DNA of 63,650 nt, the filler included. It is 9 parts of 9 records of this genome, joined end to end, with 100 filler letters (N's around TTAATTAATTAA, not from the genome) between each part and the next. Parts side by side here need not be neighbours in the genome. Positions count along the whole stretch, not along the records: positions 8,624 to 14,938 come from SRR31147125_43707; positions 15,039 to 21,883 come from SRR31147125_43722; 7 more parts are not named here. One strand, given 5' to 3'. Shown here one piece after another: positions 8,624 through 20,049 of this stretch. The translations under genes and the position numbers were made by a program. How positions within the stretch are numbered: the first letter of the stretch is position 1; the number at the start of each line of letters is the position of its first letter. The notes under the pieces were generated by a model. The model was not told where the DNA came from, did no database searches, and was given only the letters and a program-made list of their open reading frames with translations.

Positions 8624-10243
8624 CAGTTTGAAAGTACTGGTATGCAGGAGTATTTAAAAAAGTTAAAGCCGGAATGTCTCGAAGATTTAATCGCCATGAA
8701 TGCGCTTTATCGACCCGGTCCCATGGATTTTATTGATGATTTTATTGCCGGCAAAAAAGACAAGTCAAAAGTTAAATATCCCCATCCTTTGCTTGAGCCG
8801 ATTTTAAAAGAGACCTATGGCATTGCAGTCTACCAGGAGCAGGTTATGAAAATCGCCAGTGATGTTGGTGGTTTTACTCTTGGTGGCGCTGATATGTTAC
8901 GTCGTGCCATGGGAAAGAAAAAAATCGAGATCATGATCGAGCAAAGGACTATTTTTACAAAAGGCGCCAAAGAAAAGGGCGTACCTGAAAAAATAGCCAA
9001 TGAAATATTTGATTTAATGGAAAAATTTGCCGGGTACGGTTTTAATAAATCTCATGCTGCCTGCTATTCCCTGGTTGCTTATCAGACTGGTTATCTAAAG
9101 GCGCATTATCCGGCCGAATTTCTCGCGTCATCAATAAGCAGCGAGATGAACAGTTCAAATCGTGTCACCATTCTTTTAGAAGAAGCACGCAAAATGGACA
9201 TTCAGGTGCTGCCGCCTGATGTGAACGAGAGCTTTGCTGATTTTGTTGTCACAGATGAAGGTATTCGTTTCGGTCTTGGTGCTGTTAAAAATGTTGGACG
9301 CGGATCTATCGAGGCTATTGTGGCTGCGAGAAAAGAGTTTGGCAATTTCAAAACCATATATGATTTGTGTCAAAATGTCGATTTAAAAGCCATTAATAAA
9401 AAAGTTTTTGAAAGTTTGGTAGAAGCCGGCGCTATGGACAGTTTGGAGGAGAACAGGGCTCAACTATACGTCTCGGTTGAAAAAGCTATTGAATTTGCTC
9501 ATGGTGCGCAGGCACAACGTGCTAATGGTCAGACAACCATATTCGATCTTGCTGATGAAAAAATTGAAATAGCTCCTCCACCTCTGCCTCAGTTGGATGA
9601 ATGGCCCCAAAGTGAAACTCTGAATCGGGAAAAAACTATATTAGGCTTTTATTTATCCGGGCATCCATTGGAGCGTTATCGTGAGGAAGTACTTGTTTTT
9701 TCAACTGTCACGTTGGATGATGTTAGTGAAATGAAAGATAATACCCAGGTAAGAGCTTGTGGCATTATATCTGAATTTAAGAAACATTTCGATCGCCAAA
9801 ACCGGCCTATGGGATTTTTCAAGTTAGAAGATTTTTCCGGTAACATTGAGGGACTGGCTTTTTCCGATTGTTATGATAAATACGGAGAATATATTGAGGC
9901 CGATTCCATGGTTATGGTGATTGGAAAAATCAATACTCGTGAGGGTGAAGCACCAAAGCTGCTTGCTGAGGAAGTTCTTCCATTAAACGATGCCAGGGAA
10001 CGGTTTACGAAAACCTTGTGTGTTGCTTTTGATATCAAGTATTATGATGATAAACTGGCCGATGAGGTAAAGGACGCTTTGGAGCAGCATGCCGGAAATG
10101 TGCCCGTTTATCTTAGTGTAAAAACTGAAAATAATGATGATTTTATTTTAAAATGTAAAACTCTGAAAGTGAATCCCACCTATAAGCTTTTAGAAACGCT
10201 CCGGAATAAAGTAGGCAGAGAGAACGTATGGGTAGGTGCATAA
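8624..10243 (+). CDS. dnaE: DNA polymerase III alpha subunit, 5'-truncated
   Basis: QFES.GM, ALYRPGPM, YQEQVM, RRAMGKKK, FAGYGFNKSHA, LGFYLSGHPL, C-terminal OB fold. Confidence 0.97.
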   Translation, partial: QFESTGMQEYLKKLKPECLEDLIAMNALYRPGPMDFIDDFIAGKKDKSKVKYPHPLLEPILKETYGIAVYQEQVMKIASDVGGFTLGGADMLRRAMGKKKIEIMIEQRTIFTKGAKEKGVPEKIANEIFDLMEKFAGYGFNKSHAACYSLVAYQTGYLKAHYPAEFLASSISSEMNSSNRVTILLEEARKMDIQVLPPDVNESFADFVVTDEGIRFGLGAVKNVGRGSIEAIVAARKEFGNFKTIYDLCQNVDLKAINKKVFESLVEAGAMDSLEENRAQLYVSVEKAIEFAHGAQAQRANGQTTIFDLADEKIEIAPPPLPQLDEWPQSETLNREKTILGFYLSGHPLERYREEVLVFSTVTLDDVSEMKDNTQVRACGIISEFKKHFDRQNRPMGFFKLEDFSGNIEGLAFSDCYDKYGEYIEADSMVMVIGKINTREGEAPKLLAEEVLPLNDARERFTKTLCVAFDIKYYDDKLADEVKDALEQHAGNVPVYLSVKTENNDDFILKCKTLKVNPTYKLLETLRNKVGRENVWVGA

Positions 10244-10377
10244 CGAGTCTTTATTTGTTAAATGAGTATTTTGCAGGAATGGTCGCTTTTTAATCACTGA
10301 TAACGGTAATATTGATGAGATTAAATCAATTTATCTCAGATAAATAAAAACCAAATAAAATTAACGGAGGGTGGCTA

Positions 10378-10944
10378 ATGGATCTTTTGATCGAACGTAT
10401 TAAAAATATTCTTCTCACGCCAAAAGAGACCTGGGGTGTCATTAAAGATGAGGATACAACCCGGAATTCAATTTCCAAACAGTATCTTATCTACCTGATT
10501 GCTATACCCGTCATTTCAAATTTTTTGGGACAGGTTTTTGTCGGTTTACCTCTTCTTGGGGCAAGCCTGTCATTTTGGGGTGGAATTTGGGCTGCTATCT
10601 TGATTTATATTGCTTATTTTTTGGTAATTGCTGTGGGTGCCTATGTTTTAAATGCCTTATCCCCACGTTTTGGCGGTAATAGTGATAATCTCGCCGCATT
10701 CAAGCTGGTTGCTTTTAGTTATACGTCAATCTTTGTTGCCGGAGTGCTTTTTATTGTTCCGACTATAGCACAATTAGGAATGTTAGTTGGCGTTGCTTAT
10801 GCTATTTATCTTTTTTACATAGGATTACCTGTTTTGCTGCAAATTCCCGAGAAAAAAGTATTGTCACTAACGATTGTTTTTGTTATCACGAATATAGTGA
10901 TTGCAGCTGTGATTTTTGCTGTTGTTGGCGCAATGTATGCATGA
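10378..10944 (+). CDS. Yip1-family membrane protein
   Basis: RIKNILLTPKETW..I, about 5 TM helices, YLFYIGLPVL motif; GGAGG RBS. Confidence 0.85.
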   Translation: MDLLIERIKNILLTPKETWGVIKDEDTTRNSISKQYLIYLIAIPVISNFLGQVFVGLPLLGASLSFWGGIWAAILIYIAYFLVIAVGAYVLNALSPRFGGNSDNLAAFKLVAFSYTSIFVAGVLFIVPTIAQLGMLVGVAYAIYLFYIGLPVLLQIPEKKVLSLTIVFVITNIVIAAVIFAVVGAMYA

Positions 10945-11050
10945 AATTGTGGATCAAAATAGTGCAACCGGATTTTTTCTCTAAATTACAAATTTTTCTA
11001 AACATAGCCGGCTTGAGGTACGCTCACATGATATATACAGGATCTACTAG

Positions 11051-11341
11051 TTGAATATACAACTGGAATATAGCCTTATGGGTATAGGGTTTTTGAGTAT
11101 CATTATTATTTCTATTATCCTTGCTCATAAAATTGGAACTCATTTTACAGCTGCTAAAGGGAGTTTTGCTTTTCTCTTTGTAGCTGTTATTGCTTTGTAT
11201 TATCTAATAGATGTACTGATTAATTCCCCGGATCCACTCACTAATGTTTATTTTTACTTTTGGTGTTTATGTGTCTTAACAGAAGTGTTGTTATTTTTAA
11301 GAAAATATTTTAAATTAAATAAGAATAAAGTGGTATCATAG
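11051..11341 (+). CDS. small hypothetical membrane protein (about 3 TM)
   Basis: 96-aa hydrophobic ORF with a TTG start; no recognised motif. Confidence 0.5.
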   Translation: MNIQLEYSLMGIGFLSIIIISIILAHKIGTHFTAAKGSFAFLFVAVIALYYLIDVLINSPDPLTNVYFYFWCLCVLTEVLLFLRKYFKLNKNKVVS

Positions 11342-11663
11342 ATTTATTAGACGTGTATTACCGCAAAAAACAATGAACACAGTCTGGTCGTTATTTTTAG
11401 TGCACGTATAATATAATACTTTTGTTGCTGAGCAATAGCCCAGGCCTTGCTTTGAAAAATGTGTATGCAGCAGGTTATTATCGACGGAATTACATGAATA
11501 CATAAATTCAAGAGAATTGTAGTGAATTATTATTAATTTGAGATAAAATGTTAAGGAAATCCTTTTTAATTTGTAAAAAAATTTCGTATATTAGCCTAAT
11601 TACCTTAGAAATGTAACCCCAATACATTATTATAGTTCTGTATTGGGGTTTTTAGCACGTGTA

Positions 11664-12770
11664 ATGTTCAATGAAAATGAAAGTTTGAATGGGACGTATG
11701 GAAAGAAAAAAATAAAGGCCCGTTTAGAGTTAGAAGATGGTTCCGTTTACTGGGGCTTTTCCTTTGCTGATCAGAAATCAGTCTCAGGTGAAGTGGTGTT
11801 TAATACCAGTATGGTAGGTTATCCGGAAAGCTTGACGGATCCATCCTATTATGGCCAAATCCTGGTCTTAACTTATCCGCTTATAGGCAATTATGGCGTT
11901 CCGGAATCAGAGGTTGTCAATGGCCTGGACAGGTGGTTTGAATCTAATGGAGTTCAAATTCGTGGCCTGATCGTTTCTGATTATTCTTTTGATTATAGTC
12001 ATTGGAATGGCAGAAAAAGCCTTCAAGATTGGCTGTGTGAGTATCATATTCCAGGTATTTACGGGATTGATACACGTATGTTGACCAAAAGATTACGAGA
12101 TGAAGGCACCATGTTAGGGAGGATCCTGTTTTTTACTGAGGAAATGAATTTTGAGGATCCCAATAAGGTGAATTTAGTGGAAAAGGTCAGCATTACGGAA
12201 CCTGTTGAATACGGAAGTGGTGATAAAAAAGTCATACTAGTCGACTGTGGTTGTAAAGATAATATTATCAGATGTCTCATCAATCGCGATCTGCGTGTTA
12301 AGCGGGTTCCATGGAACTATGATTTTACTCAGGAACAATATGATGGCGTCATGATTACAAATGGCCCCGGGGATCCGAAAATGTGTCATGAGACTATAAA
12401 AATAATCCAAAAAGCCCTTGATAAATCAAAGCCGATATTTGGTATTTGTTTGGGAAATCAGTTACTCTCACTGGCGGCCGGAGCAGATACATATAAATTA
12501 AAGTTCGGACATCGTAGTCAAAATCAGCCTTGTGTTGAGGTTGGTACAAAACGATGTTACATTACATCACAGAATCATGGCTATGCCGTGAATGGTCGAA
12601 CGCTACCGGAAGGGTGGGAGCCCTGGTTTGTAAACGCAAATGATGATACAAATGAAGGTATCCGGCACGTTTCAAAACCATTTATGAGCGTACAATTTCA
12701 TCCGGAGGCAGCACCGGGACCAGTTGACACAGGAATTCTTTTTGATGATTTTAAAAGGATGCTCGTATGA
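11664..12770 (+). CDS. carA: carbamoyl-phosphate synthase small subunit (start uncertain)
   Basis: [35 protein letters not shown] (catalytic Cys), SQNHG, VQFHPEA. Confidence 0.96.
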   Translation: MFNENESLNGTYGKKKIKARLELEDGSVYWGFSFADQKSVSGEVVFNTSMVGYPESLTDPSYYGQILVLTYPLIGNYGVPESEVVNGLDRWFESNGVQIRGLIVSDYSFDYSHWNGRKSLQDWLCEYHIPGIYGIDTRMLTKRLRDEGTMLGRILFFTEEMNFEDPNKVNLVEKVSITEPVEYGSGDKKVILVDCGCKDNIIRCLINRDLRVKRVPWNYDFTQEQYDGVMITNGPGDPKMCHETIKIIQKALDKSKPIFGICLGNQLLSLAAGADTYKLKFGHRSQNQPCVEVGTKRCYITSQNHGYAVNGRTLPEGWEPWFVNANDDTNEGIRHVSKPFMSVQFHPEAAPGPVDTGILFDDFKRMLV

Positions 12771-14938
12771 TTGAAAAACCAAATAAAGTGATCATTCTTG
12801 GTAGTTCGGCATTAAAAATTGGTGAAGCCGGAGAGTTTGATTATTCAGGAAGTCAGGCGATAAAAGCATTAAAGGAAGAAGGCGTTACTACAATATTAGT
12901 GAATCCGAATATTGCTACCATTCAAACTTCTGATTATCTGGCGGATAAGGTATATTTCCTGCCTGTGACACCCTATTTTGTTGAACAGGTCATTAAAAAG
13001 GAAAAGCCGGATGGTATTTTACTCGGTTTTGGCGGACAAACAGCTCTTAACTGTGGCGTCGAGCTGGAAAAAGAGGGCATCCTCAAACGTTATGGTGTCA
13101 ATGTTATGGGTACTTCTGTTGAGACTATTATAAATACTGAAGATAGGGAACTCTTCACTGATAAACTTGACCAGATAGATGTCAAAGTCCCACGCAGCCA
13201 GGCAGTTACTACTGAGAAGGAAGCTTTGAAAGTGGCTGAGGACATTGGCTACCCGATCATGATCCGAATTGCCTATGCTTTGGGTGGATTAGGTTCCGGT
13301 ATTTGCCGTGATCAGGATGAATTACGTGAGCGGGCAAAAAAGGCATTATCTTATACAAATCAAATACTTGTAGAAGAATATTTGCAGGGCTGGAAAGAGA
13401 TAGAATATGAAATCGTTCGGGATCAATATGATAATTGTCATTCCATTTGTAATATGGAAAATTTTGATCCGATGGGTATCCATACCGGCGAAAGTATCGT
13501 TGTAGCCCCCAGTCAGACGTTGACCAACCAGGAGTACCACAAACTTCGTGAGATTGCTATTCGAACCGTACGTCATCTCGGTGTCATTGGAGAATGTAAT
13601 ATCCAATATGCGCTTGATCCAAAATCAGAAGACTATCGGGTTATTGAAATAAATGCCAGACTTTCAAGAAGCTCAGCTCTTGCGTCAAAAGCAACCGGAT
13701 ACCCGTTGGCTTTTGTAGCAGCGAAATTAGCCCTGGGCTACTCCCTCGTGGATCTGCAAAATTCTATTACAAAGATCACCAAAGCCAGTTTTGAGCCTGC
13801 TCTCGATTATATTGTTGTAAAAATACCCCGGTGGGATTTGAAAAAATTCCGTCTTGTCTCCAATAAGATCGGCTCGGGTATGAAATCCGTTGGGGAAGTC
13901 ATGGCGATAGGGCGCAAGTTTGAAGAAGCGCTGCAAAAGGGCTTGCGTATGCTTGAAATTGGAGCCAGCGGATTATTGCTTAATAAAGCAATGGAATTTG
14001 GCGATTTACAGACCGAACTTTCTGAGCCTACTGATCTAAGAGTTTTTTCGATTCCTGAAGCTCTGAAGAATGGGACTTCCATTGACGAGATTCACCGGTT
14101 GACGAATATTGATAAATGGTTCTTGTACAAGATCAATAATATAGTAAATATCGAAATGGCCCTCAAAGCCATTGGTGAACAACGTTGTCCTCGTGATCTT
14201 TTGCTTAACGCGAAACAACTCGGATTTTCTGATGAGCAGATTGCCTGTGCACTGGAAACGGATGATACTCGAATCAGACAGTTGAGACAAAATTATGGCT
14301 TGACTCCATGTATAAAACAAATTGATACACTGGCCGCAGAATACCCGGCACAAACCAACTATTTATATCTGACTTATAATGGTTATGAAGATGATTTGTC
14401 CTTTCTGAGCCGCAACTCAGTAATGGTTTTAGGAGGAGGCGCTTACCGTATCGGAAGTTCTGTTGAATTTGACTGGTGTTGTGTTAACTCGGTTAAGGCA
14501 CTGAAAAAGTTGAATTACCAAACCATTATGGTTAATTATAATCCGGAAACTGTCAGTACAGATTATGATGAATGTGATAAACTCTATTTTGATGAGATCT
14601 CGTTTGAAACCGTTGTTGATATTTACGAGAAAGAGAAACCCATTGGTATCATTATTAGTATGGGTGGACAAATTCCAAATAATCTCGCATTACGATTACA
14701 CAATTCAGGTATTAAAGTGCTAGGCACATCCGCTATGAGCATTGACAATGCGGAAGATCGCCATAAATTTAGCAGGTTGTTAGATACATTAAAGATTGAT
14801 CAGCCCGAGTGGAAAGAGCTCACTTCCATGGATGAGGCTAAAGAGTTTGCCGAGTCTACCGGGTATCCAACTCTGATTCGTCCATCCTATGTGCTCAGTG
14901 GAGCGGCTATGAGTGTTGCTTCCAATAGCCAGGAATTA
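12767..14938 (+). CDS. carB: carbamoyl-phosphate synthase large subunit, 3'-truncated
   Basis: [56 protein letters not shown] overlap with carA. Confidence 0.97.
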
Positions 14939-15038
14939 NNNNNNNNNNNNNNNNNNNNNNNNNNNNNNNNNNNNNNNNNNNNTTAATTAATTAANNNNNN
15001 NNNNNNNNNNNNNNNNNNNNNNNNNNNNNNNNNNNNNN
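14939..15038. other. artificial contig linker
   Basis: N44-TTAATTAATTAA-N44. Confidence 0.99.
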
Positions 15039-15832
15039 GGGGGAGTTAGGGGATATCCTTGTTTTTTTCAAGAAGGAGATGCGCCGCCTTGGTGTTGATC
15101 TTCAGTTTGAGACGTCAATGAACGAACGGATTCTGGAGGAATTCAAACCGGACCATGTGGTTGTCGCCACAGGCTCGATGCCGGATATGCCCATGGTGCG
15201 TGGGCTGTTTCAAAGTGATATGGACGTTCTCACCAACGTGGAACTGCTGGAGAATTCCGAGTGGCATGAAAACGGCAATTGCGGATGGGACACCGTTATT
15301 GTCCTGGGGGGGGATGACCGGCTTGATTACGGCGGATTGCATTGCCGAAAAGATCTATGAACGCGGTGGAAGAGTCGTGGTTTTGAATCGGAAAAAGAAA
15401 TTTGCAGAAGAGATGTCGGCCAATGACCGCTACTACCTCAGGGAGAGCTTGAAGAAAAAAGAGGTGACGCTTTTCAAAAATGTCTCCATTGAGAAATTCA
15501 CTAAAAACGGGGTACGCTTTCGCGTAAAAGGGGAAGATGAGACAACCGTCATTGACGGATGTCGCATGGTCGCGATTTCGGAAAAGCACGTCTCCATCCG
15601 GGAGATAGGCACTCTGGAAAACAAGACCGACGCACCGTTTCACTATATCGGAGATGCGTCTTCTCCCAGGCATCTCATGTTCTGCATCAGCGAAGCGGAG
15701 GAAACGGCAAGGGCCATCGGTGGACACGGCAACAAACGAAGTGCCGGGGCCGACATGGATCACAACCTCTCACAGAAAGTGAGACGTGATGACGAAGGCG
15801 GCTTCGGACGTGACGTGGAGAGCAGCGAATGA
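15039..15832 (+). CDS. C-terminal FAD/NAD-binding part of an NADH:flavin oxidoreductase (OYE/DCR-like); 5'-truncated, frameshifted at G8 (15306-15313)
   Basis: PDHVVVATGS in one frame; VIVLGG continues as GGMTGL..AD in another frame; terminal HYIGDA..PR motif. Confidence 0.75.
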
Positions 15833-16436
15833 AAATCCTCACCGTATCCGATGTCGTGGTGCCGGCGCTTTACAAAAAATTCGATAAGTCGCTCTTTCCG
15901 GACATCGAGCTGGTGCTGGCTTGCGGCGATCTGCCTCCGGAATATCTATCGTTTCTACTCCATGTGTTCAATGCGCCGCTTTACTATGTCAAGGGAAATC
16001 ACGATATTCGATACAAGGGCAAGCCTCCCCTGGGGTGCATGGATATTCACGCTAAAATCGTGAAGTTCGGTGGACTCAACATCATGGGACTTTCCGGTTC
16101 CAGGTGGTACAATGGGGGTGAGAATCAATATACGGAAAGGGAAATGAAAGGGATCATTCGGGGCATGGGGCTTTCCATCTGGTGGAACAAGGGGATCGAC
16201 ATCCTCATTACCCATGCGCCGCCCCGCCATATCCATGATGCTGAAGATCGGTGCCACAAAGGGTTCAAGGCGTACCGGAAATTTATAGAAAAAAACGCCC
16301 GCGATACCTGATTCACGGGCATATTCACAGGCATTTCGATTCCGTGGAAGAACGAATAACCGTTGTGAATCAAACAAAGGTGATCAATACCTATGGGTAC
16401 CACATCCTCGAAATCAATGATGAGCCGGCTGGGTGA
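15829..16436 (+). CDS. calcineurin-like metallophosphoesterase, frameshifted at A7 (16289-16295)
   Basis: Motifs VSD, ACGDL, KGNHD and ITHAPP in ORF 15829-16311; final motif YLIHGHIH in the -1 frame (ORF 16251-16436). Confidence 0.88.
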
Positions 16437-17595
16437 GTTTCTTTCCGGCAAGAGCGGTTCCGAAAACAGGGGAGAGAATAAAAAAGACGGGAAAGGGAAG
16501 AATCCCAAAGCCAAAGGCGGCAGAGGTGGGGGAATAAAAGGAGATCCCTCCCAAGGCGATCCTCGCGGGGCATTGAAGGATATCAGTTCCTTTGAGGACA
16601 CCCAGAAGCGGGAAGGGGCCTTTGACAGCAGGGATCGTGGCGTTCAGACCGTTCCGGTCAAGCAGATTGTCGGTAGTGTGGGGCGATATCAAGACTTTGA
16701 CGATCGCTTCAAATTTCGGAATCATACGACATCCGAGCGCTTCAATTCCGTGCTGGAGGCCATGCGGAGCGGAAAGACGCTGCCGCCGGTGAAGCTTTAC
16801 CAGATCAAGGATGAGTACTATGTTCTGGACGGCAATCATCGGGTGGCGGCAGCCAATAAGCTGTGTCATGACGAGATATTGGCCACCATTATCGAGTTCA
16901 TCCCCACCAGCGAGTCCATGGATAATGTCATTTACCGGGAGCGCGTGGCATTTTGTGAGCGTACCGGTCTTCCCCGAACGATTCAAGTGACGGAGCTCGG
17001 CCAATATGCCCATTTGATTCGTCAGATTCAAGAGCACTATGTCCACTTGAGAAACGAGACGCCGGACATCACCTTTGCCGGAGCGGCAAGGGACTGGTAC
17101 AAGTCGATTTATCAGCCCTTTTGCGCCATCATCGAACGGGGCAACATTGCCGACTCCTTTTCCGATCGAACCCTGACCGATCTGTACGTGTATATCTCCA
17201 CCGGACATTGGCAAAAGGGGCGAGATGCCAAATACGGCATCGGCGTGGGAAAGCTGATTCCCAAAACCATGGAATCGTTTCGCGAGCAGATGGCCGATGT
17301 CAGCCAGACATGCTATCCGGAGATGCAGCGGGAGATTACCGTATTTATGCTGATGACGGTGGACGGAAAGCGGGAGCGGGAAATTCTGGATGAGCTCTTC
17401 ACCATAGACGGCATCCTTGAAGCACACTCCGTCCATGGGGAGATGGACATTTTGTTGAAGGTGGGATTGACAAGAGATCTGCTGACTTCGGATGCCGAGA
17501 TCATCAACGATTTTGTCCATCTCGTCCGGCAGCAGGATGGGGTGATAAGCACACGCACATTGATTCCGGGCTATTCTAAAATCAAGTCGGTTTGA
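16417..17595 (+). CDS. ParB/Srx-like N-terminal domain + helical middle domain (DUF4032-like) + Lrp/AsnC ligand-binding domain
   Basis: IVGSVGRYQDFD and LPPVKLY...YYVLDGNHRVAAA (ParB/Srx); C-terminal VFMLMTV...GILEAHSVHGEMDILLKV...GVISTRTLI (AsnC/RAM-like). Confidence 0.8.
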   Translation: MMSRLGEFLSGKSGSENRGENKKDGKGKNPKAKGGRGGGIKGDPSQGDPRGALKDISSFEDTQKREGAFDSRDRGVQTVPVKQIVGSVGRYQDFDDRFKFRNHTTSERFNSVLEAMRSGKTLPPVKLYQIKDEYYVLDGNHRVAAANKLCHDEILATIIEFIPTSESMDNVIYRERVAFCERTGLPRTIQVTELGQYAHLIRQIQEHYVHLRNETPDITFAGAARDWYKSIYQPFCAIIERGNIADSFSDRTLTDLYVYISTGHWQKGRDAKYGIGVGKLIPKTMESFREQMADVSQTCYPEMQREITVFMLMTVDGKREREILDELFTIDGILEAHSVHGEMDILLKVGLTRDLLTSDAEIINDFVHLVRQQDGVISTRTLIPGYSKIKSV

Positions 17596-17629
17596 TGGAT
17601 ATGCATTGGGTTGGAAATCGACGGATTCA

Positions 17630-19746
17630 TTACAGCTTTGATGGGGTACATACGATTTGTCGCGTTGTTCCGTACAAGGGAAGATACAGGCGAAATTTAC
17701 TGCCCCCGGCATTGTTCGATGAAACGGAGACCGAACCATTATGGGCTTTTGCGATGCCCGCCACCACGGAAAGCCCCACCCCTCTTCCGGAGAATTTCGT
17801 GGAAAAAAAGGGATCGAAAATCCTGCTGAGTGCTTCGGTACTCATTCCGCAACCGGAGTCTTCAATCTCAAGAAAGGCATACTGATCGGCGTTGCAATCC
17901 CAATCGGGCGGATAAACATAGGATTCTCGTATTTTGCCGCACGCAATGGTTCCCATGGAAACAGATAGTTTTCCCTTCCGATTCTCCATGGATTCCCATG
18001 CATTGGTGGCAAGATTCATGAGGGCCATGAGCAGTTGCTTGCTGTCGGCGTTGACAAAAAGCGGTTCCGAAGAAAGTGCCATTTCCAGAGAGATGTTCTC
18101 CGGCTTGTTGGAATCAATCAGGGAGTGAGATTCTCTGCAGAAGTCGACCAGATCCAGTTTCTCTTTTTTCCCCTCGGTCTGCCCCAAAAATATCAGCATC
18201 AATCGACTGAGTTCCGTGGCTCTTTTTGCTGCATCCATGGAGGCATTGAGATGCTTGACAACCTGGGAGGGCAGTAAGCTTTTCTCCAATAGGGCAAGTT
18301 CCAGATACCCCATTACGCCGCTTAAAATGTTATTGAAATTGTGGGCCACTGCTCCGGCCATCTGTTGGAGACTGTCTCGTTTTTCAATGTGGAGGGCGGC
18401 CTTTTCAAGTTCCAGTCGATCTTCCATGGCTTTTTTCTGATTCGTGATATCCGTTCCCGAGCAGACCACAAACTCCACTTGACCGGCGTCGTTCAGCTTC
18501 GGTGTTTTGATGATGGATATCAGCCGTTTCTCCCCTTTGGAATTGGTCAGCCATTCTTCTTGAGATATGGGGGTGCCGGTTTGGAAAATGGTTTTGTTGG
18601 TTGCAATATGATTATTGTACACCTCCGGACTCAAATGCTGATGCAGTTTCTGATAGGCGAGCTGTTTGGGATGCAGCCCGAAAAAGTCGGCAAAGGTTTT
18701 GTTGACCGGTCCATAGGTTTCAGGATCAGATAAATACCAGACCTGTTGAGGAATGGTATCCAGCAGCAGACGTCGCTCTTCAGACTTTTGTTTCAACAAC
18801 GCTTCCCGTTTCTCCACCATCTGCCGATTTTTAATCTCTTCCTTATGGAGCTGGAGGGTCCGTTGCTCCAACAACATCTCCACCCTGAGGAATGATCGCT
18901 CCCGACAGGCTTTGAGACATAATTCCATTAGATAATCCACATGAAACGGTTTGCGAAGGTAGGCGGCAGCCCCCCCCGCAGCCATTTAACGGCAAGATCG
19001 GGAGAGGAATCCCCGGTAATCATAATGCAGACGCAGTCCGGCCATACATCTTTGGCAAACGGGATCAGCTCATCCCCTTTTCCGTCCGGCAGATGATAGT
19101 CAATAATGGCAATGGAATGTCGATTGGACGCCATTTCGACTTTTGCTTCTGACAGAGTGCCTACAAGCTCAGTGTGATAGCCTCTGCTGATAAACGCTTT
19201 TCTTAAAACGTTTCCAAGGGCCCTGCTGTCCTCAACAAGCAGTACTTTGCTTTTATTGATGGACGTTGTATTCCTGCCGTCTATCAATTGGTTGACCACC
19301 CGGATGAGAACCGCCTCGTCCACCGGGGTCGGAAGAAATGCATCCGCTCCGGTATTGGATGTGATACATTCGGCATCTTCCCCGGAAAATGTGGCGGAGA
19401 TGACCAGAAGCGGGGTGGTATTGAACATGGGATACTCTTCGGAACGCAGCAGTCTGCAAAATTTCCAGCCGTCAATCCCCGGCATGTAAAGATCGGAAAT
19501 GATAATATCCGGTGCCGGAAGCGTTTTCATGCCGGATAGCGCTTCTTCAGCACCATTGTATAAGCGGCACTCGAAGTTGTGCTTGGAAAGCCGGAGTGAA
19601 AGAAATTTTTGCTGCAATATATTGTCATTTATGATGGCGGCGATTTTAGGCGTGCGACTTTTAACTTGCTGCGGCATACTGTCTATCCCGATGTCATCTT
19701 TTGTTGTGGCAACCCAATGTTTCTTGGGAGAGATTTGAAAAAACAA
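17630..19746 (-). CDS. hybrid sensor kinase REC-REC-PAS-HisKA-HATPase, frameshifted at G8 (18970-18977)
   Basis: Two receiver domains in ORF 18928-19746; the second is completed by AAAYLRKPF in ORF 17630-18985; H-box VAHNFNN; N, G1, F and G2 boxes NLATNA, DSGCGM, FDPFFSTK, GVGL. Confidence 0.88.
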
Positions 19747-20049
19747 AGTCTATAAGAATATATGAACCTGTCGGGCCTGTCAAAGAGAAATAAATATTGT
19801 TTTTCGGAATGTAACTTTTCCTTGTAAGATATTAAAATATCAATTTTTGACCGCTCGCAGGGAAGAATAAGGGTTGAAATTTAATTCTGAAAAACATAGG
19901 CTGACTTTTGTTGAAGAACTTCCATTCCAATCCGGGATACCCTTCACAGTACAACAGAGTCTCGCATGACTTTCTCCGGATTTCAAAGGCGTTTTCAAGC
20001 GAGCGAGCTGTAAAGAAATGGAATCGAAAACTGAAGGACACTTAGCCAA

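Noticed and set aside
11698..11715. Mini-ORF ATG GAA AGA AAA AAA TAA as a carA leader peptide
   Set aside because: Adding one A to the A7 run makes it the natural carA start (MERKKIKARL), so a homopolymer error is at least as likely.
16414..17739. 441-aa antisense ORF, and similar long shadow ORFs at 40072-41241, 48294-49346 and 50571-51584
   Set aside because: They lie opposite well-supported genes in GC-rich sequence and carry no recognisable motifs.
15306..18977. Phase variation at the G8, A7 and G8 tracts in three nearby genes
   Set aside because: Three short-homopolymer shifts within 4 kb, plus similar ones on other contigs, are best explained by indel-prone sequencing. This cannot be settled without reads.
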